Notes: a model not told the origin generated them from the letters alone. A stretch of 64,000 bases of DNA from an uncultured Oleiharenicola sp. (GCA_964652485.1 CAZZDB010000001.1:1898-65897), one strand, 5' to 3'. Shown: positions 10,434 through 21,382, numbered from the stretch's first letter. Numbers and translations: made by a program.

Positions 10434-13037
10434 TCAATGCTCAGCGAGTGTTCCAGTGACCTCCACCTCGGCAAGGGCCGGCGCACCGCCGTCCGGCCAG
10501 CCCAGCAGCGTGAGGCGCAGAAAACGGCCGGTGCGCTCGGTCGCTTCGACGGGATCGGTGCGCTCAGCGCGGCGATTGCCGGCTTGGGTCGGCCCGGCGA
10601 GCAGTCTCCAATCTTGGAGACCGTCGGCTGAGACTTCGATCCGATAACGCCAGTCACCTTCCGCCGGAAAGGTCAGCCGGATCTGTTGCACATTCACGAG
10701 GCGTTCCAGGTCGATCTGCAGCCACGGGGCCGTGTCGCCGGTCGCCGCCTGCCAGAAGGTCGCGGCGTTGCCGTCATTGGCGAGGCGGCCGCTGTGTCCC
10801 GGCGCCTCGCTACTGGCACGGGTTGGATTCTCCCGGCCGAACTTTACCGGGGTGCCGCCGCCGGAAGTCTCGATGAACCGGACGTAGGGGCGGGGTGGCA
10901 CGGTTGGCGTCACGCCGGCGACGAATCGCGGCTCGCCCAGCGAAGCGATCCGGATCGTCGCATCCTCCAGGCCGGGTGACGTGGCACGGATGACGGTTTC
11001 GCCCGCGTAGTAGGAGCGGAGTTCCATCGCCGCACTGCCGTCGCGGATCGCAATATCCGAATCGGGTGCGAACGTGATGTCCCGGCCGGTGGGAAATTCG
11101 CCCGGTCCGGACTCGATCGTAAGTGTCACGGGCGGGCAGTTGCTCAGCGGCCGGCCGGCGTGGTCGACGACGGTGACGATGAGCTGCGCGTCGTCGGTGC
11201 CGTCGACTGCCTGCAGCGTGGTCCGGTCGGCCGTGAGGCGCAGCGCGGCGGGTACCCCCTCGATCGGCCAGGCTGGCGGCGGGATCTGCCGATACTCGTT
11301 GCGATACCAATACCACTGGCGCTTCGGCAGCCGGAAGTAGTCCACGATGCCCATGGCGCCGAACTTCCGGCCGGCGACACTGCCGTGGTCAAAGCCGCAC
11401 CAGATCACCTCGCCGCTGCGCCAGGGAAGACGCCAGGAGCCGGGTTGTCCCGGGTCGGCCCCGGGGGTGGTCGGGAGATCACCCCAGCCGGGCTCGTATT
11501 TCCCGGGACGATCCGCCGTGGTGGAGCCGTATTCGGAGACCACGTTCGGCAGGCCTGGATGAGGGAACAGGCGTGCACCGTCGCCATTGTAGCCGGCCAC
11601 GTCGCCCAGTTTGTCGATGTCGCCCCGCTGGGCGCCGCCGATGGCCGCGGGCCGCGAGGGATCGAGTTCGTGCGCATAGGTCACCAAGTCCTGCAGGAAA
11701 CGCCGCACCTTGGGCAGGACGGACCGGCTGCTGAAGAATACCTCGTTGTCCATGCTCCAGACGATGATGCTCGGATGATTGCGATGGATGCGGACCATGT
11801 CGCGCAGACTGGCCCTCACGCTGGCCTCGAAGCCGGCTTCGTCGGCCGGGTCCGTCGGGTAGGCGCTCGCGGCCCATGGGCTCCGGAAACCGGCGGTGCC
11901 CCAGAAGCAGTTCTCCGACCAGAACAGCAGGCCGATCCGGTCGCACGCCGTCGAGAAAGCCGGGGCGTGCGGATAATGGGACCCGCGGACAAGGTCGAAG
12001 CCGGCATCCTTCATCAGCTGCACGTCGCGGGAAAATCCGCTGTCGGCCACCGCGTCGCCCCAGCCGGCATGATCCTGGTGCACGTTGGCGCCCCTGAAAT
12101 AATGGTGCCCGCCGTTGAGAAAGAAGCCCTGGTCGGCGGTGAACCGGAACCACCGGAAACCGAGCGGGGAGGCAAAGTCATCCACCGGCCGGCCGTCGGC
12201 CAGCACCGTGGTCTGGACGGAATACAGCGTGGGATGCGCCGGTGACCAGAGCATCGGTTGCCCGATCGGCGCGCTCGTCTGGTCGAAGGCCGCGGTTTGC
12301 CCGGCGGGAATCGCCTGCGTCGAGCTCATGCTCGCCACGAGCTGACCCGCGGGATCACGCACGTCGGTGCGCAGTCCGCAGGTCCGGGTTTCGCCCGACT
12401 GGTTCACGACCTCGGTGCGCACGCGGACGGTGCCCGCCTCGGCCGAGACGGCAGGCGTGGTGACGAATGTGCCATACCACGTCACATGCAGGGGGGCGGT
12501 CACGACGAGCCGGATGTTGCGATACAGCCCGCCGCTGAACACGTGTTCCCCGGCGCGAGGCGCGATTTGCGGATTCCAGCGATTGTTCAGGCGCACGGCG
12601 ACCACGTTGGCCCCGGCCTTCGCGGCATCGGTGATTTCGATCTCGAAACCGGTGTAGCCGCCCTGATGGGCGCCGACCCTTTTGCCGTTGAGAAAGATCT
12701 CGGCGTCCTGAAACGCGCCGTCGAAGTCGAGGAACAGCCGTTTCCCGTTCCACTGTGCGGGAAGCGTGAAGTGCTTCCGGTACCAGCCATAGCCGACGTA
12801 GAAGGCCTTGCCACCCGCGAAATAGGGGAGGCTGAACGAGTGCGGAAGGCCGACGCGCTCCCACGGGGAGTCGTCGAACGCCGGCGTCTCCGCGCCGGGG
12901 TGATCGCCCAGGGCGAAGACCCACTCGCGATTGAAGTTCACGACCTCGCGTAACCCGGCCGCCGGCAATTCAACCAGTGCGCCGGCGAGCGCGGCGCCGA
13001 GCACGATCAACGCCCTGATTCGTGAAGATTCAATCAT
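10434..13037 (-). CDS. GH2 glycoside hydrolase (beta-galactosidase-like) with C-terminal F5/8 (CBM32-like) domain
   Basis: GWYRKHF, HQGGYTGF, GANVHQD, RGSHYP, NHPSIIVWSMDNE, SEYG; LANDGNAATFW domain. Confidence 0.9.
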   Translation of the reverse strand: MIESSRIRALIVLGAALAGALVELPAAGLREVVNFNREWVFALGDHPGAETPAFDDSPWERVGLPHSFSLPYFAGGKAFYVGYGWYRKHFTLPAQWNGKRLFLDFDGAFQDAEIFLNGKRVGAHQGGYTGFEIEITDAAKAGANVVAVRLNNRWNPQIAPRAGEHVFSGGLYRNIRLVVTAPLHVTWYGTFVTTPAVSAEAGTVRVRTEVVNQSGETRTCGLRTDVRDPAGQLVASMSSTQAIPAGQTAAFDQTSAPIGQPMLWSPAHPTLYSVQTTVLADGRPVDDFASPLGFRWFRFTADQGFFLNGGHHYFRGANVHQDHAGWGDAVADSGFSRDVQLMKDAGFDLVRGSHYPHAPAFSTACDRIGLLFWSENCFWGTAGFRSPWAASAYPTDPADEAGFEASVRASLRDMVRIHRNHPSIIVWSMDNEVFFSSRSVLPKVRRFLQDLVTYAHELDPSRPAAIGGAQRGDIDKLGDVAGYNGDGARLFPHPGLPNVVSEYGSTTADRPGKYEPGWGDLPTTPGADPGQPGSWRLPWRSGEVIWCGFDHGSVAGRKFGAMGIVDYFRLPKRQWYWYRNEYRQIPPPAWPIEGVPAALRLTADRTTLQAVDGTDDAQLIVTVVDHAGRPLSNCPPVTLTIESGPGEFPTGRDITFAPDSDIAIRDGSAAMELRSYYAGETVIRATSPGLEDATIRIASLGEPRFVAGVTPTVPPRPYVRFIETSGGGTPVKFGRENPTRASSEAPGHSGRLANDGNAATFWQAATGDTAPWLQIDLERLVNVQQIRLTFPAEGDWRYRIEVSADGLQDWRLLAGPTQAGNRRAERTDPVEATERTGRFLRLTLLGWPDGGAPALAEVEVTGTLAEH

Positions 13038-13116
13038 CAGTCAGCGCTGGATTACGAAGGGAGCGATGGAGGGGGATGCTGGGCATGAACTCCCGGTCGA
13101 TGGGCGGCGGAGTACT

Positions 13117-15189
13117 TCATTTTGCCACCAGCTCGTAGATCGACACGCTGAATCGCGGAAGCGTCAGCGCGGCCGGAATCGCGGCTAAGGGCGTGCTGGT
13201 GATCACCGGCTCCTTAGCATCGTCGCGCGTTGACGCGAGGCGCCACAGCATGCCAGTGCCGGCAAGGTCGGTGCCGGCGATCGCGAGCTGGAGCGGTTGT
13301 TCGACGCCGGTGGGATTCAGCACCGCCACCGTGAGGGTACGGTGGTCCGCGGTCCAGGCGGCGACGACATCGAGCGGGAACGTGGCGCTGCCGGCGTTGA
13401 CGGACGGTTGCTCGCCGCCGGGTGGTTCGGTGGGCTTGGGCTGCGGCGAATTGCCGGAGACCTCGACCGGAATCGAACCAAAGTGGTCACGATAGATCTT
13501 GAAGACGAGACCGTTGTCGTTGAGCGCGGGCTTGGCGCTGTCGCGACTGAGCAGCGAGGTCGCGAAGGTGTGGGCCGCCATCTGGTAGAGGTCCGAGTGG
13601 CGGAACATCTCGTGGAAGATCCACGCGTAGGCCGGGTAACTTTCGTACTTGCCGCCCCGGTAGCCCCATTCGTCGAGGTTGAGTGGTTTCGGATGCGCGG
13701 TGAGTTGCGGCAGCCGCTTCTCGTACTCCTGGTATTCCTCGACCTTGATTCGGACATGGTTGGCGCCACGGCGCATCCAGTCGGTGACGGGTTCGTTCGG
13801 GTCGTTCGGCACCTGGGCATTGACGGCGAGGTTGAAGTGCGTGCCGCCGTAGTTGTAGAAGTGCTCGCTGATGAGATCGATATTGTCGAAGCAGTTGACG
13901 AGCAGGGCGCCGGTCCAGTCGGCGGGCGAGAGATAGGCCGGCACAACGTCCTTGCCGAGCAAGAGCGCCTGCTTCGCCCCGGTCATCGTGTCCGGCATCG
14001 CGCCGCAGGCGATCAGCACGATCGAGGGATCGACGCGCTTCATCGCCTTGGCGAACTGGTTGTGCTTGAAGAGAAATTGCTTCAGGGGCATGTAGCCGAA
14101 CTGGTAATCGCCCCACATCTCGTTGCCGATGCCCCAGAACCTGACGTGATAAGGCTCGGGGTGTCCATTGGCGACGCGCCGGTGGCCCATGGGCGTGTCG
14201 ACGGAGCCGTTGGCATATTCAACCAGCTGGGCCGCCGACCAGGCGTCGCCTAGGCCGGCGTTGACCGTGATGTAAGGTTCAACCTCGAGCAACCGGCACA
14301 TCGTCATGAATTCGTCCGTTCCGACGTCATTCGAGTTGATGGTGCCCCAGACGGGGTCCTTGACCGGCGGGCGTCTGTCGGGATCACCGATGCCGTCGCG
14401 CCATTCATATGCGGAAACGAAATTGCCGCCGGGGAATCGATAGACCCCGGAGCGCACGCTCTTCAGCACGGCGATTGGCGCGGGGCGCCAGCCCTGCACG
14501 TTTTGGGAAGGCATCAGGGAAACGGCGCCGATGTGGAACGAGCCCGTTCCCGTCGCGTGTACTTCCAGGTCGGCGGCGCCGGAGTTCTCCGCCACGAACG
14601 AGAATGTGAACTTCCGGTAGTCTCGGCCCGGCTGGCCGAGCACGACGGTCTGGCGGACGTCGCCACTGTCCAGGTGCCAGACGATGCTGACGGAAACCTT
14701 TGCGGTCGAGTCACCGGCTAGCTGGACGCGTCCGTCGTAGGATTCTCCCTTGTCGAGCTTGACTCCGGTCTGGCGGATGCCCCGCGGCTCACCGCCGGCG
14801 AGGGTGACGAGGGGCGTCTGATCGCCGGCGAACGGATTCTTTGCGTCCATCACCACCGAATCCCCGGGGCCGATCGGATTCCAGCGGCCCGGCCCGGGAT
14901 CGCGCCGGCCGAAAAAGCCCGCGCCCGGGGCTGGTTTGGCTTTGTCGTCCTTGGGCGGCTTGGGGCCGACGGGATAGTAGAATTTACGATCCTCGAGCAA
15001 TTCGCTCCAGAGGGTGGTATAGACCAGATTGCCCGCATGCTCGAGGAATTGCCCATAGACGTACGGGGAAATGGGCGCGCCGGTTTTGCTGGCGTCGATT
15101 TGGGCGGCAACGGGCGGGCTCGCCGCCGGGGTCTGGGCGCTCGCCAGGAGCGCGGTCATAATCAACAGGACAGGGTAGGCGGTTTTCAT
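13117..15189 (-). CDS. GH51 alpha-L-arabinofuranosidase (long type)
   Basis: YGQFLEH, RFPGGNF, VGTDEF, WGIGNEMWG, LDEW. Confidence 0.92.
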   Translation of the reverse strand: MKTAYPVLLIMTALLASAQTPAASPPVAAQIDASKTGAPISPYVYGQFLEHAGNLVYTTLWSELLEDRKFYYPVGPKPPKDDKAKPAPGAGFFGRRDPGPGRWNPIGPGDSVVMDAKNPFAGDQTPLVTLAGGEPRGIRQTGVKLDKGESYDGRVQLAGDSTAKVSVSIVWHLDSGDVRQTVVLGQPGRDYRKFTFSFVAENSGAADLEVHATGTGSFHIGAVSLMPSQNVQGWRPAPIAVLKSVRSGVYRFPGGNFVSAYEWRDGIGDPDRRPPVKDPVWGTINSNDVGTDEFMTMCRLLEVEPYITVNAGLGDAWSAAQLVEYANGSVDTPMGHRRVANGHPEPYHVRFWGIGNEMWGDYQFGYMPLKQFLFKHNQFAKAMKRVDPSIVLIACGAMPDTMTGAKQALLLGKDVVPAYLSPADWTGALLVNCFDNIDLISEHFYNYGGTHFNLAVNAQVPNDPNEPVTDWMRRGANHVRIKVEEYQEYEKRLPQLTAHPKPLNLDEWGYRGGKYESYPAYAWIFHEMFRHSDLYQMAAHTFATSLLSRDSAKPALNDNGLVFKIYRDHFGSIPVEVSGNSPQPKPTEPPGGEQPSVNAGSATFPLDVVAAWTADHRTLTVAVLNPTGVEQPLQLAIAGTDLAGTGMLWRLASTRDDAKEPVITSTPLAAIPAALTLPRFSVSIYELVAK

Positions 15190-15471
15190 GGGTGGCTTTT
15201 GAGAGGTGAAACGGGGAAGTGACTCTCGGACGATTCGGTCGTTGTGGCAGGACGGGTGCGCGGGGTCAGGTGTTCGGTGACGACGGTAAAGTGATCTTCA
15301 CTACGATGGGGATATCCTTGGCCCTGCGACGCGGTGTCAGGTATTCGCGTGCGGACAGGGATCCTCCGAGACGGTGACGGCAGTGATGCAGGAGATGCAA
15401 AGAAATATTGGGGATGGGTTCATTCATGTTCCGGGTGTTGGGCCAGGAAGGCCGGTGTCGCCCGCGATCCT

Positions 15472-17622
15472 TCAATTCGAAGACGCCTCCGTCCAGACAA
15501 GCACTGTGCCGTCCTTGCGGTCGGGATGGGCGCCCGGCCAGTCGGCCGCGTAGGGTTCGCCGGTGGCGGTATCGAGGCCGACATAGCGGTGGGTCTTGAG
15601 TGAAAGAAGCATGCATTGTCCGCGCAGCATGTCCTGCCATTGAAAGAGGCTGCCCTCGGACTCATGCGGGCGCACGCGCACGTCGGCGGAGAGCCCGAGG
15701 CCGACCACCGTGACGAAGCCGCTGCCGTTCGTCGCTTCGAGCACGACGCGGCCGCGGCCGCGATCAAGCACCCGGAAGCGCGCGCCCGGGCTGTTCGCCT
15801 CCTTCGATCCGGCTTGGGTCCAGTGTACGATGCCGTTGGGGTTGGCGAAAATTGTGGTGCCATTCGCGAGGTTGGTAAGCGTGATGACCTTGCCGACTGG
15901 CAGGTTCTTTGAGCGATCGGCCAGAGGCTCGACGACTCGAAAGGTGCCGAAATCGGCGTAGCCACCCTCGTGGCCGGCGGTGTTGAAGGCGAAAAGGGAG
16001 TAGCGCACGCCTTGGAAGGTCTTCAACTGATACGGCAGCCGGATCTCGGCGCCCACCGGGGTGAATTTCTCCCCGCCGACACTGTAGCTCAGCCGCGCGA
16101 GATCGGCATCGAAGTCGCCAGTCGCGCGGAGGCTCACGCGGTCTCCCGCCAGCGGCCGGTCGATGGTTTCGTTCGTCACCTGGTTATACCAGCGGAGCAC
16201 GCGGCCGGTTTCGGTGCGGGCGATCCCGATCCACGCGCAGGGCATGTTGAGCAACGCCAGCCCAGCGATGTCGCCCGGCTGCAGACCCGAGCCGTCGAGC
16301 ACGACGGTCGCGGACGATTCGGGGCCGATGACGCGCTGGGTGAGCGTGTTCCGGGCCACGAGGAAATGCTCCGCCGGCAGCGTATGCAGCCGAAGTGCGC
16401 CGGGTTTCTCGGTCAGGGACCACTTCGCGTCGGCCGGGGCGTGATTCCATTGCCAGATAGGCAGGAGCGTGGGGCCGGTAAAGTCGTCGTTACGCTCGTA
16501 GGCGGCGGTGGGCGGGCTGTCGACACCGACGGCAGGCTTGACCCAGGTTCGCGGCGAGCGGCCGAGATTGCCCGGCAGGCCGAAATAAGGCCAGCCGTCC
16601 TGCCAAGTCACAGGCGAGAGGAAGGTGGTACGGCCGACCGACTTGAAGTCCATCATGGAAAATCCCCACCAGTCGCCGTTCGGCAGGTCGACGATGCCGC
16701 CCTGATGGAGCGGCGCCGCGCCGAATTCGTTGTCGCCCGGTTTGGACAGGTCGAACTTCGCGCCGGGGGCGGGCACGGCCCCGCGCTGGCCCACGTTGTT
16801 ACCCCACCAGCCGCGCTGGGTGCCCATGGTTTCGCGCGCGCTGATCACGACGGTTTCATAGGGTCCTTCCGGACGGTCCGCGCGCGCGCACTCCATGCGC
16901 CCGACCGGGGCATAGTTGGCACTGATGATATAATACTTGCCACGGATCTTGTAGAAGTGGTGCCCTTCGCCCATGGCATTGCCGTGCGGAATGATGATGC
17001 GCTCGCTGCCCTCCACGAAGCCGCTCATATCGGGCTTTAGCTCGATCAGCTTCACCTCGCTGTACTCGTAGACCGCGTAGATGCGTCCGTCGTCGTCGAA
17101 AAGCACGGAGAGATCGTGGATCGCCCGGCCCAGGCTGCGGTGCTGCCACGGGCCGGCGGGATCGCGGCTGGTGAACACCTGCAGGCCGCGGCCGTTGATG
17201 TTGGAGAAGATGTAGAACATACCCTCGTGATAGCGGATGCACGGTGCCCAGATGCCCTGGCCGTAGACGTCGCGTCCACCCTCGAGGCGGAACTCCGGTC
17301 CGAGATCGAGCCGCTGCGCGGCATAGCTGAGGAATTTCCAGTTCACCAAGTCCCTCGAGTGCAGGACCACCAGGCTGGGCATGGCATGCATCGTGGTTCC
17401 CGCGAGGTAGAAGTCGGCGCCAACGCGAATCATGTCGGGATCGGAGAACTCGTCGTAGAAGAGCGGGTTGGTGTACGTGCCGTTGCCGTTGTCCGGCATC
17501 CAAGTCGTGCGGACGTTCGCGGCCGTCTCGTCGGTCGCGCGGGCTGCCGGGCCGGAGGCCAGGGTGCAAGCGGTGAGAGCCAGCAGGACGAGCCGTGAGG
17601 CGCTTAGATCGGTGAGTTGCAT
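15472..17622 (-). CDS. GH43 beta-xylosidase/arabinofuranosidase with C-terminal beta-sandwich and a trefoil-like tail
   Basis: NPLFYDEFSDPD, SRDLVNW, GIWAPCIRY, GEGHH, HQGGIV. Confidence 0.9.
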   Translation of the reverse strand: MQLTDLSASRLVLLALTACTLASGPAARATDETAANVRTTWMPDNGNGTYTNPLFYDEFSDPDMIRVGADFYLAGTTMHAMPSLVVLHSRDLVNWKFLSYAAQRLDLGPEFRLEGGRDVYGQGIWAPCIRYHEGMFYIFSNINGRGLQVFTSRDPAGPWQHRSLGRAIHDLSVLFDDDGRIYAVYEYSEVKLIELKPDMSGFVEGSERIIIPHGNAMGEGHHFYKIRGKYYIISANYAPVGRMECARADRPEGPYETVVISARETMGTQRGWWGNNVGQRGAVPAPGAKFDLSKPGDNEFGAAPLHQGGIVDLPNGDWWGFSMMDFKSVGRTTFLSPVTWQDGWPYFGLPGNLGRSPRTWVKPAVGVDSPPTAAYERNDDFTGPTLLPIWQWNHAPADAKWSLTEKPGALRLHTLPAEHFLVARNTLTQRVIGPESSATVVLDGSGLQPGDIAGLALLNMPCAWIGIARTETGRVLRWYNQVTNETIDRPLAGDRVSLRATGDFDADLARLSYSVGGEKFTPVGAEIRLPYQLKTFQGVRYSLFAFNTAGHEGGYADFGTFRVVEPLADRSKNLPVGKVITLTNLANGTTIFANPNGIVHWTQAGSKEANSPGARFRVLDRGRGRVVLEATNGSGFVTVVGLGLSADVRVRPHESEGSLFQWQDMLRGQCMLLSLKTHRYVGLDTATGEPYAADWPGAHPDRKDGTVLVWTEASSN

Positions 17623-17860
17623 GTCATTTCAAGTTCGGGACGATAAGGGCTTTCCGTGGTCACATTGGCCACCACCGGTTGAGCCGGCAGCTTGGTGGCG
17701 CCCGCAGCGAGACCAGTGACCTGCGGTAGATGGGACAGGGTTGGCCTCATGGGTCGGGCTTGGCTCATCGGAAATCCGGTGCGTGAAATGAGGATAACCG
17801 CCAGGTACGGGGGACGCGGGCCGGATCGTTGCCGTTCCGGCCGGGGTGAGGTGCGCGGCC

Positions 17861-19396
17861 TCAGCGGTCAACGTTGACGACAATCTGGGTGAACGAGTGC
17901 GCCGGGAAGGCGTAGTGGAATGTCCCGCCCTTCGCCGCCAGCTCCTCGGTCTTCGGCGCGTAGGTGTCGCGGGCCTCGTAGGTGTAGGGCTGGTTGGAAA
18001 CGTCCGCGCTGGTGAGCAGACTCACCGTCGCGGTGCCAGTGAAGGAGCCGGCGACGCTCAGAATGTCGGTGGCGATGGAATCGTCCTTGTGCCGGTTGAC
18101 GACATTGATGACGACCTGCTTCGCCTCCTTGTTGTAGACGGACGTCACGTCGAGGTAGGGAATCTTGGTGTAGAATTCGCTGGTGCGAAACGTGCCGCAA
18201 TCGACAAAAGTATCCAGCGCCGCACCGCGGCAGCGGGTGGAGAACAGCTTGAACGCGTAGAACAGCGGCGACTTGTAGGTCGCGTCGGTCTTCGGGTCGC
18301 GGCCGAGGATGGAGGTCAGCAGGGTATAGTTGGTCATCTTGACCACATCCGCGTGCCGGATGAAGGCATTGAAATACTCCGCGAGGGCCAGGGTCGAAAG
18401 GTGCCCGCCGCGGAAGGGCGGCGCCCACTCGTCGAGGGAGATATACAACGGCTTCTTCTTCTCGACGACCGAGACCGCCTTGATCTGCCCGGCGGTGATG
18501 GTGATTTTCTCGTCGAGGTCCACCGCCCGCTGCCCGACGAGCACGTAGTAGTCGTCGGAGTTGTCCCAGTAGCGGTGGAGGGAGATGTAATCGGCGATGC
18601 CCGTGAGCGCCTTGATGACCTTCCAGTTCCACTCCACCCAGTCGAGGTTGTCCTTGTAGTTGGCGGAGCCGTTGGCGATGAATTCAAGCTTGGTGCCCGG
18701 CGAGCTGCGGCGCATGGCCTTGGCCGCCTCGACGGCGAACTTGATGTAGTCCTCGGCATCCTTGTAGCCGATGATCCAGGGCGCGCCGTCCACCTCGTTG
18801 CCGAGGCACCAATACTTGATACCGTAGGGCTCGGGGTGGCCGTATTCGGCGCGCTTGTCCGCCCAATAGGTGCCGACCGGCGCGTTGCAGTATTCGACCC
18901 AGTAGCGCGCGTCGTCGAGCGTGCCCGTTCCCATGTTGATGCAGGCGACGTTCTCAGATCCGATCTCCTTGTTGAGCTGCACCCACTCGTCGGTGCCGAC
19001 CTGGTTGGGCTCCACCACGCCCCAGGCGAGTTCCAGGCGCTTGGGTCGTTTGTCCTTCGGCCCGATGCCATCGCGCCAGTCGTAGCTTGAGGTGAAATTA
19101 CCGCCCGGCCAGCGCATCTGCGTGAGCTGCAGCTCACGCGCGGCATCGAGCATGTCCTTGCGGAATCCGTGCTCGTCGGCCAGCGGCGACTTCGGGTCGT
19201 AGAGCGGACCGTAGAGGGTGTTGAACTTCATCTCCGGGCGGTTGAAGCCGATCGGCTCCATGAAGATGCCGTAGATGCGGGGGTCGACCTGGTCGATGAC
19301 GTGGTCGACGTCGATCCGGATGGTGGCGGTCCCGGCGAGGACACAAAGCGGCGAGAGCAACAGGAGCGAGGCGAGGCGGAGTGGATGGGGTTTCAT
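17861..19396 (-). CDS. GH51 alpha-L-arabinofuranosidase
   Basis: IYGIFME, RWPGGNF, VGTDEW, WCLGNEVDG, SLDEW. Confidence 0.92.
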   Translation of the reverse strand: MKPHPLRLASLLLLSPLCVLAGTATIRIDVDHVIDQVDPRIYGIFMEPIGFNRPEMKFNTLYGPLYDPKSPLADEHGFRKDMLDAARELQLTQMRWPGGNFTSSYDWRDGIGPKDKRPKRLELAWGVVEPNQVGTDEWVQLNKEIGSENVACINMGTGTLDDARYWVEYCNAPVGTYWADKRAEYGHPEPYGIKYWCLGNEVDGAPWIIGYKDAEDYIKFAVEAAKAMRRSSPGTKLEFIANGSANYKDNLDWVEWNWKVIKALTGIADYISLHRYWDNSDDYYVLVGQRAVDLDEKITITAGQIKAVSVVEKKKPLYISLDEWAPPFRGGHLSTLALAEYFNAFIRHADVVKMTNYTLLTSILGRDPKTDATYKSPLFYAFKLFSTRCRGAALDTFVDCGTFRTSEFYTKIPYLDVTSVYNKEAKQVVINVVNRHKDDSIATDILSVAGSFTGTATVSLLTSADVSNQPYTYEARDTYAPKTEELAAKGGTFHYAFPAHSFTQIVVNVDR

Positions 19397-19416
19397 GGGG
19401 GCGGGAGATTTTGGAG

Positions 19417-21291
19417 TCAGCGGAAGAGACGCGGGGCGAAGTCGTGCAGATCCCGGCGCCACGTGAGCCATTCGTGGGCAGTGCCGGGCGAGGAGAAATA
19501 CACGTAGCGGATACCAGCCTTGTCGAGCATCGCCCGGAAGGCGCCGATGGCGCCGGGGAACGGACTAGGCTCTTCGGTGCCCATGCCGATCCAAAGCAGC
19601 TTCACCTTTTCGTTGAAGGCGTCGCCGTCCTTGAACGCGCCGTCGAAGGCCGTCGCCGGGTCAAGCGGGTCGGTACTGAGACCGTTCATCGTGCCGCTGA
19701 AGGCGCCGATGTAGGCGAACTTGTCGAGGTTCGGGATCGCGACCCGGAAGGTCATGTTGCCACCCATGGACAGCCCGGCCATCGCGCGATGGTCGCGGTC
19801 AGGCAGAGTGCGGAAGGTCGAGTCGATCATCGGGATGATCTCCTGGATCATGACATCCGGAAAGGCGGCGACCGCGCCGCGCTGGGGGGCCGTGGGCGGT
19901 GACGCCGGGGGGGCCGCATCCGGACGCCACGCGTAGCAGTTGTCCATGACGATGATCATCGGGACGGCCTTCCCCTCGGCGATGAGGTTGTCGACGATGA
20001 GGTTGACCCGGCCCTGATCGGTCCACCCGGTCTCGTCCTCACCCATGCCGTGCTGCAGGTAAAGCACCGGGTAGACCACGCCGGGGTTGGTGTCGTAGCC
20101 TGGCGGCGTGTAAATGACGCAACGCCGCCACGCCCCGGTGATCTTGGAGAAATAGGGCCGGGCGCGAACATCGCCGTGCGGCACGTCCTTGAGGGCGTAG
20201 TAGTCCACGCCCGCCTCCGGCACCTCGATACCGCTCCCATGCTTGCCGGCCCCGAAGAAGGCACGGCTGCCGGGATCGTTCACCGCGACGCCGTCGACCG
20301 CCAACGAGTAGTAATGGAATCCGGGAACCAGCGGCGGCGTGCTCACGCTCCAGATGCCGTCCGAGCCCTTGCTCATGTCGTAGCGGCCCTGCGGCAGCCG
20401 CACCTGGACGCTCTGGGCCTCAGGCGCCTTCAACTGAAAGGTCGCACGCCTCTCGGCGTCGATCCGGGGATAGGCGGCACCCATGACATTGGAGGCGGCG
20501 GGTTGGGCGTCAGCGACGGGCCGGTTTGTGTCGTTCACCGCCTCTTCCATCACCGAGGCCACTTCCCTCGGGTTGGTCAGGTGGGCGATATGGGTGCCGG
20601 CGAGCGTACGGATCGTCCAGCCGCGCGCCACGGCCCGCTTCCAGTTCTTGTCCGTGGCCGAACGTTCCTCCTTCGATTTGTCGGCCGGGATGAAAGCGAC
20701 ATAGGTGACGGGGAGCGCCTTGGCCACGGGGTTCTTGTAGGAGACGGGTTCCTGGAACGTGCCGATCGGGTGCGGCACTCCGTGTGGCAGGGGAGCGTCC
20801 GCCTTGTACCATGGAAACTGGACGAGACCGTCGACCACCTGCGCCTTCGGGGGAAGACCGCCGACGACGTCGAAGGCCGATTCGCCATCCTCCGGCACCA
20901 TCGCGTCGAGAAAGATGACGTGACGGATGCGGTCCGGCAGGCGGTCCATGACGCCGGTGATGACAGCACCGCCATAGCTGTGGCCGGCGAGCACGACATC
21001 GTGCAGGTCCTCGAAAAGGATGAGATTGACGACGTCGTCGATGTGGGTCGTGAGATTGACCTTGGCGTTCGCGAGATGGGTCCGCTCGCCGAGGCCCGTG
21101 AGGGTGGCGCGGTAGACCGCATGGCCGTCAGCGGTCAGAAATTTCCCCACGGCCTTCCATTCCCAGCCACCGGCCGTGGCACCGTGGACCACCACGAAGG
21201 TGTAGTGCTCGTGGTCCGCGGCCTTCAGGCACGGCGAGAGTGCCGTGATGCCCGCCAGCGCGAGCAAGAGGATCCGGGATAGGTATTGCAT
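19417..21291 (-). CDS. Two-esterase fusion: methylesterase-like alpha/beta hydrolase + E-set/CBM48-like + CE1 esterase
   Basis: N-terminal HGATAGGWEW/GHSYGG domain; C-terminal VPGFHYY, YLQHGMGEDE, AGLSMGG, TAHEW. Confidence 0.88.
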   Translation of the reverse strand: MQYLSRILLLALAGITALSPCLKAADHEHYTFVVVHGATAGGWEWKAVGKFLTADGHAVYRATLTGLGERTHLANAKVNLTTHIDDVVNLILFEDLHDVVLAGHSYGGAVITGVMDRLPDRIRHVIFLDAMVPEDGESAFDVVGGLPPKAQVVDGLVQFPWYKADAPLPHGVPHPIGTFQEPVSYKNPVAKALPVTYVAFIPADKSKEERSATDKNWKRAVARGWTIRTLAGTHIAHLTNPREVASVMEEAVNDTNRPVADAQPAASNVMGAAYPRIDAERRATFQLKAPEAQSVQVRLPQGRYDMSKGSDGIWSVSTPPLVPGFHYYSLAVDGVAVNDPGSRAFFGAGKHGSGIEVPEAGVDYYALKDVPHGDVRARPYFSKITGAWRRCVIYTPPGYDTNPGVVYPVLYLQHGMGEDETGWTDQGRVNLIVDNLIAEGKAVPMIIVMDNCYAWRPDAAPPASPPTAPQRGAVAAFPDVMIQEIIPMIDSTFRTLPDRDHRAMAGLSMGGNMTFRVAIPNLDKFAYIGAFSGTMNGLSTDPLDPATAFDGAFKDGDAFNEKVKLLWIGMGTEEPSPFPGAIGAFRAMLDKAGIRYVYFSSPGTAHEWLTWRRDLHDFAPRLFR

Positions 21292-21382
21292 GATTGGAGG
21301 GAAAGTCGGTTCTTTGCGGTTCTGTCTGGCCGGGGCCGGCGGGCCGGCCGGCCCCGGCAGTTATCCGCCAGCTTCACGCCGT

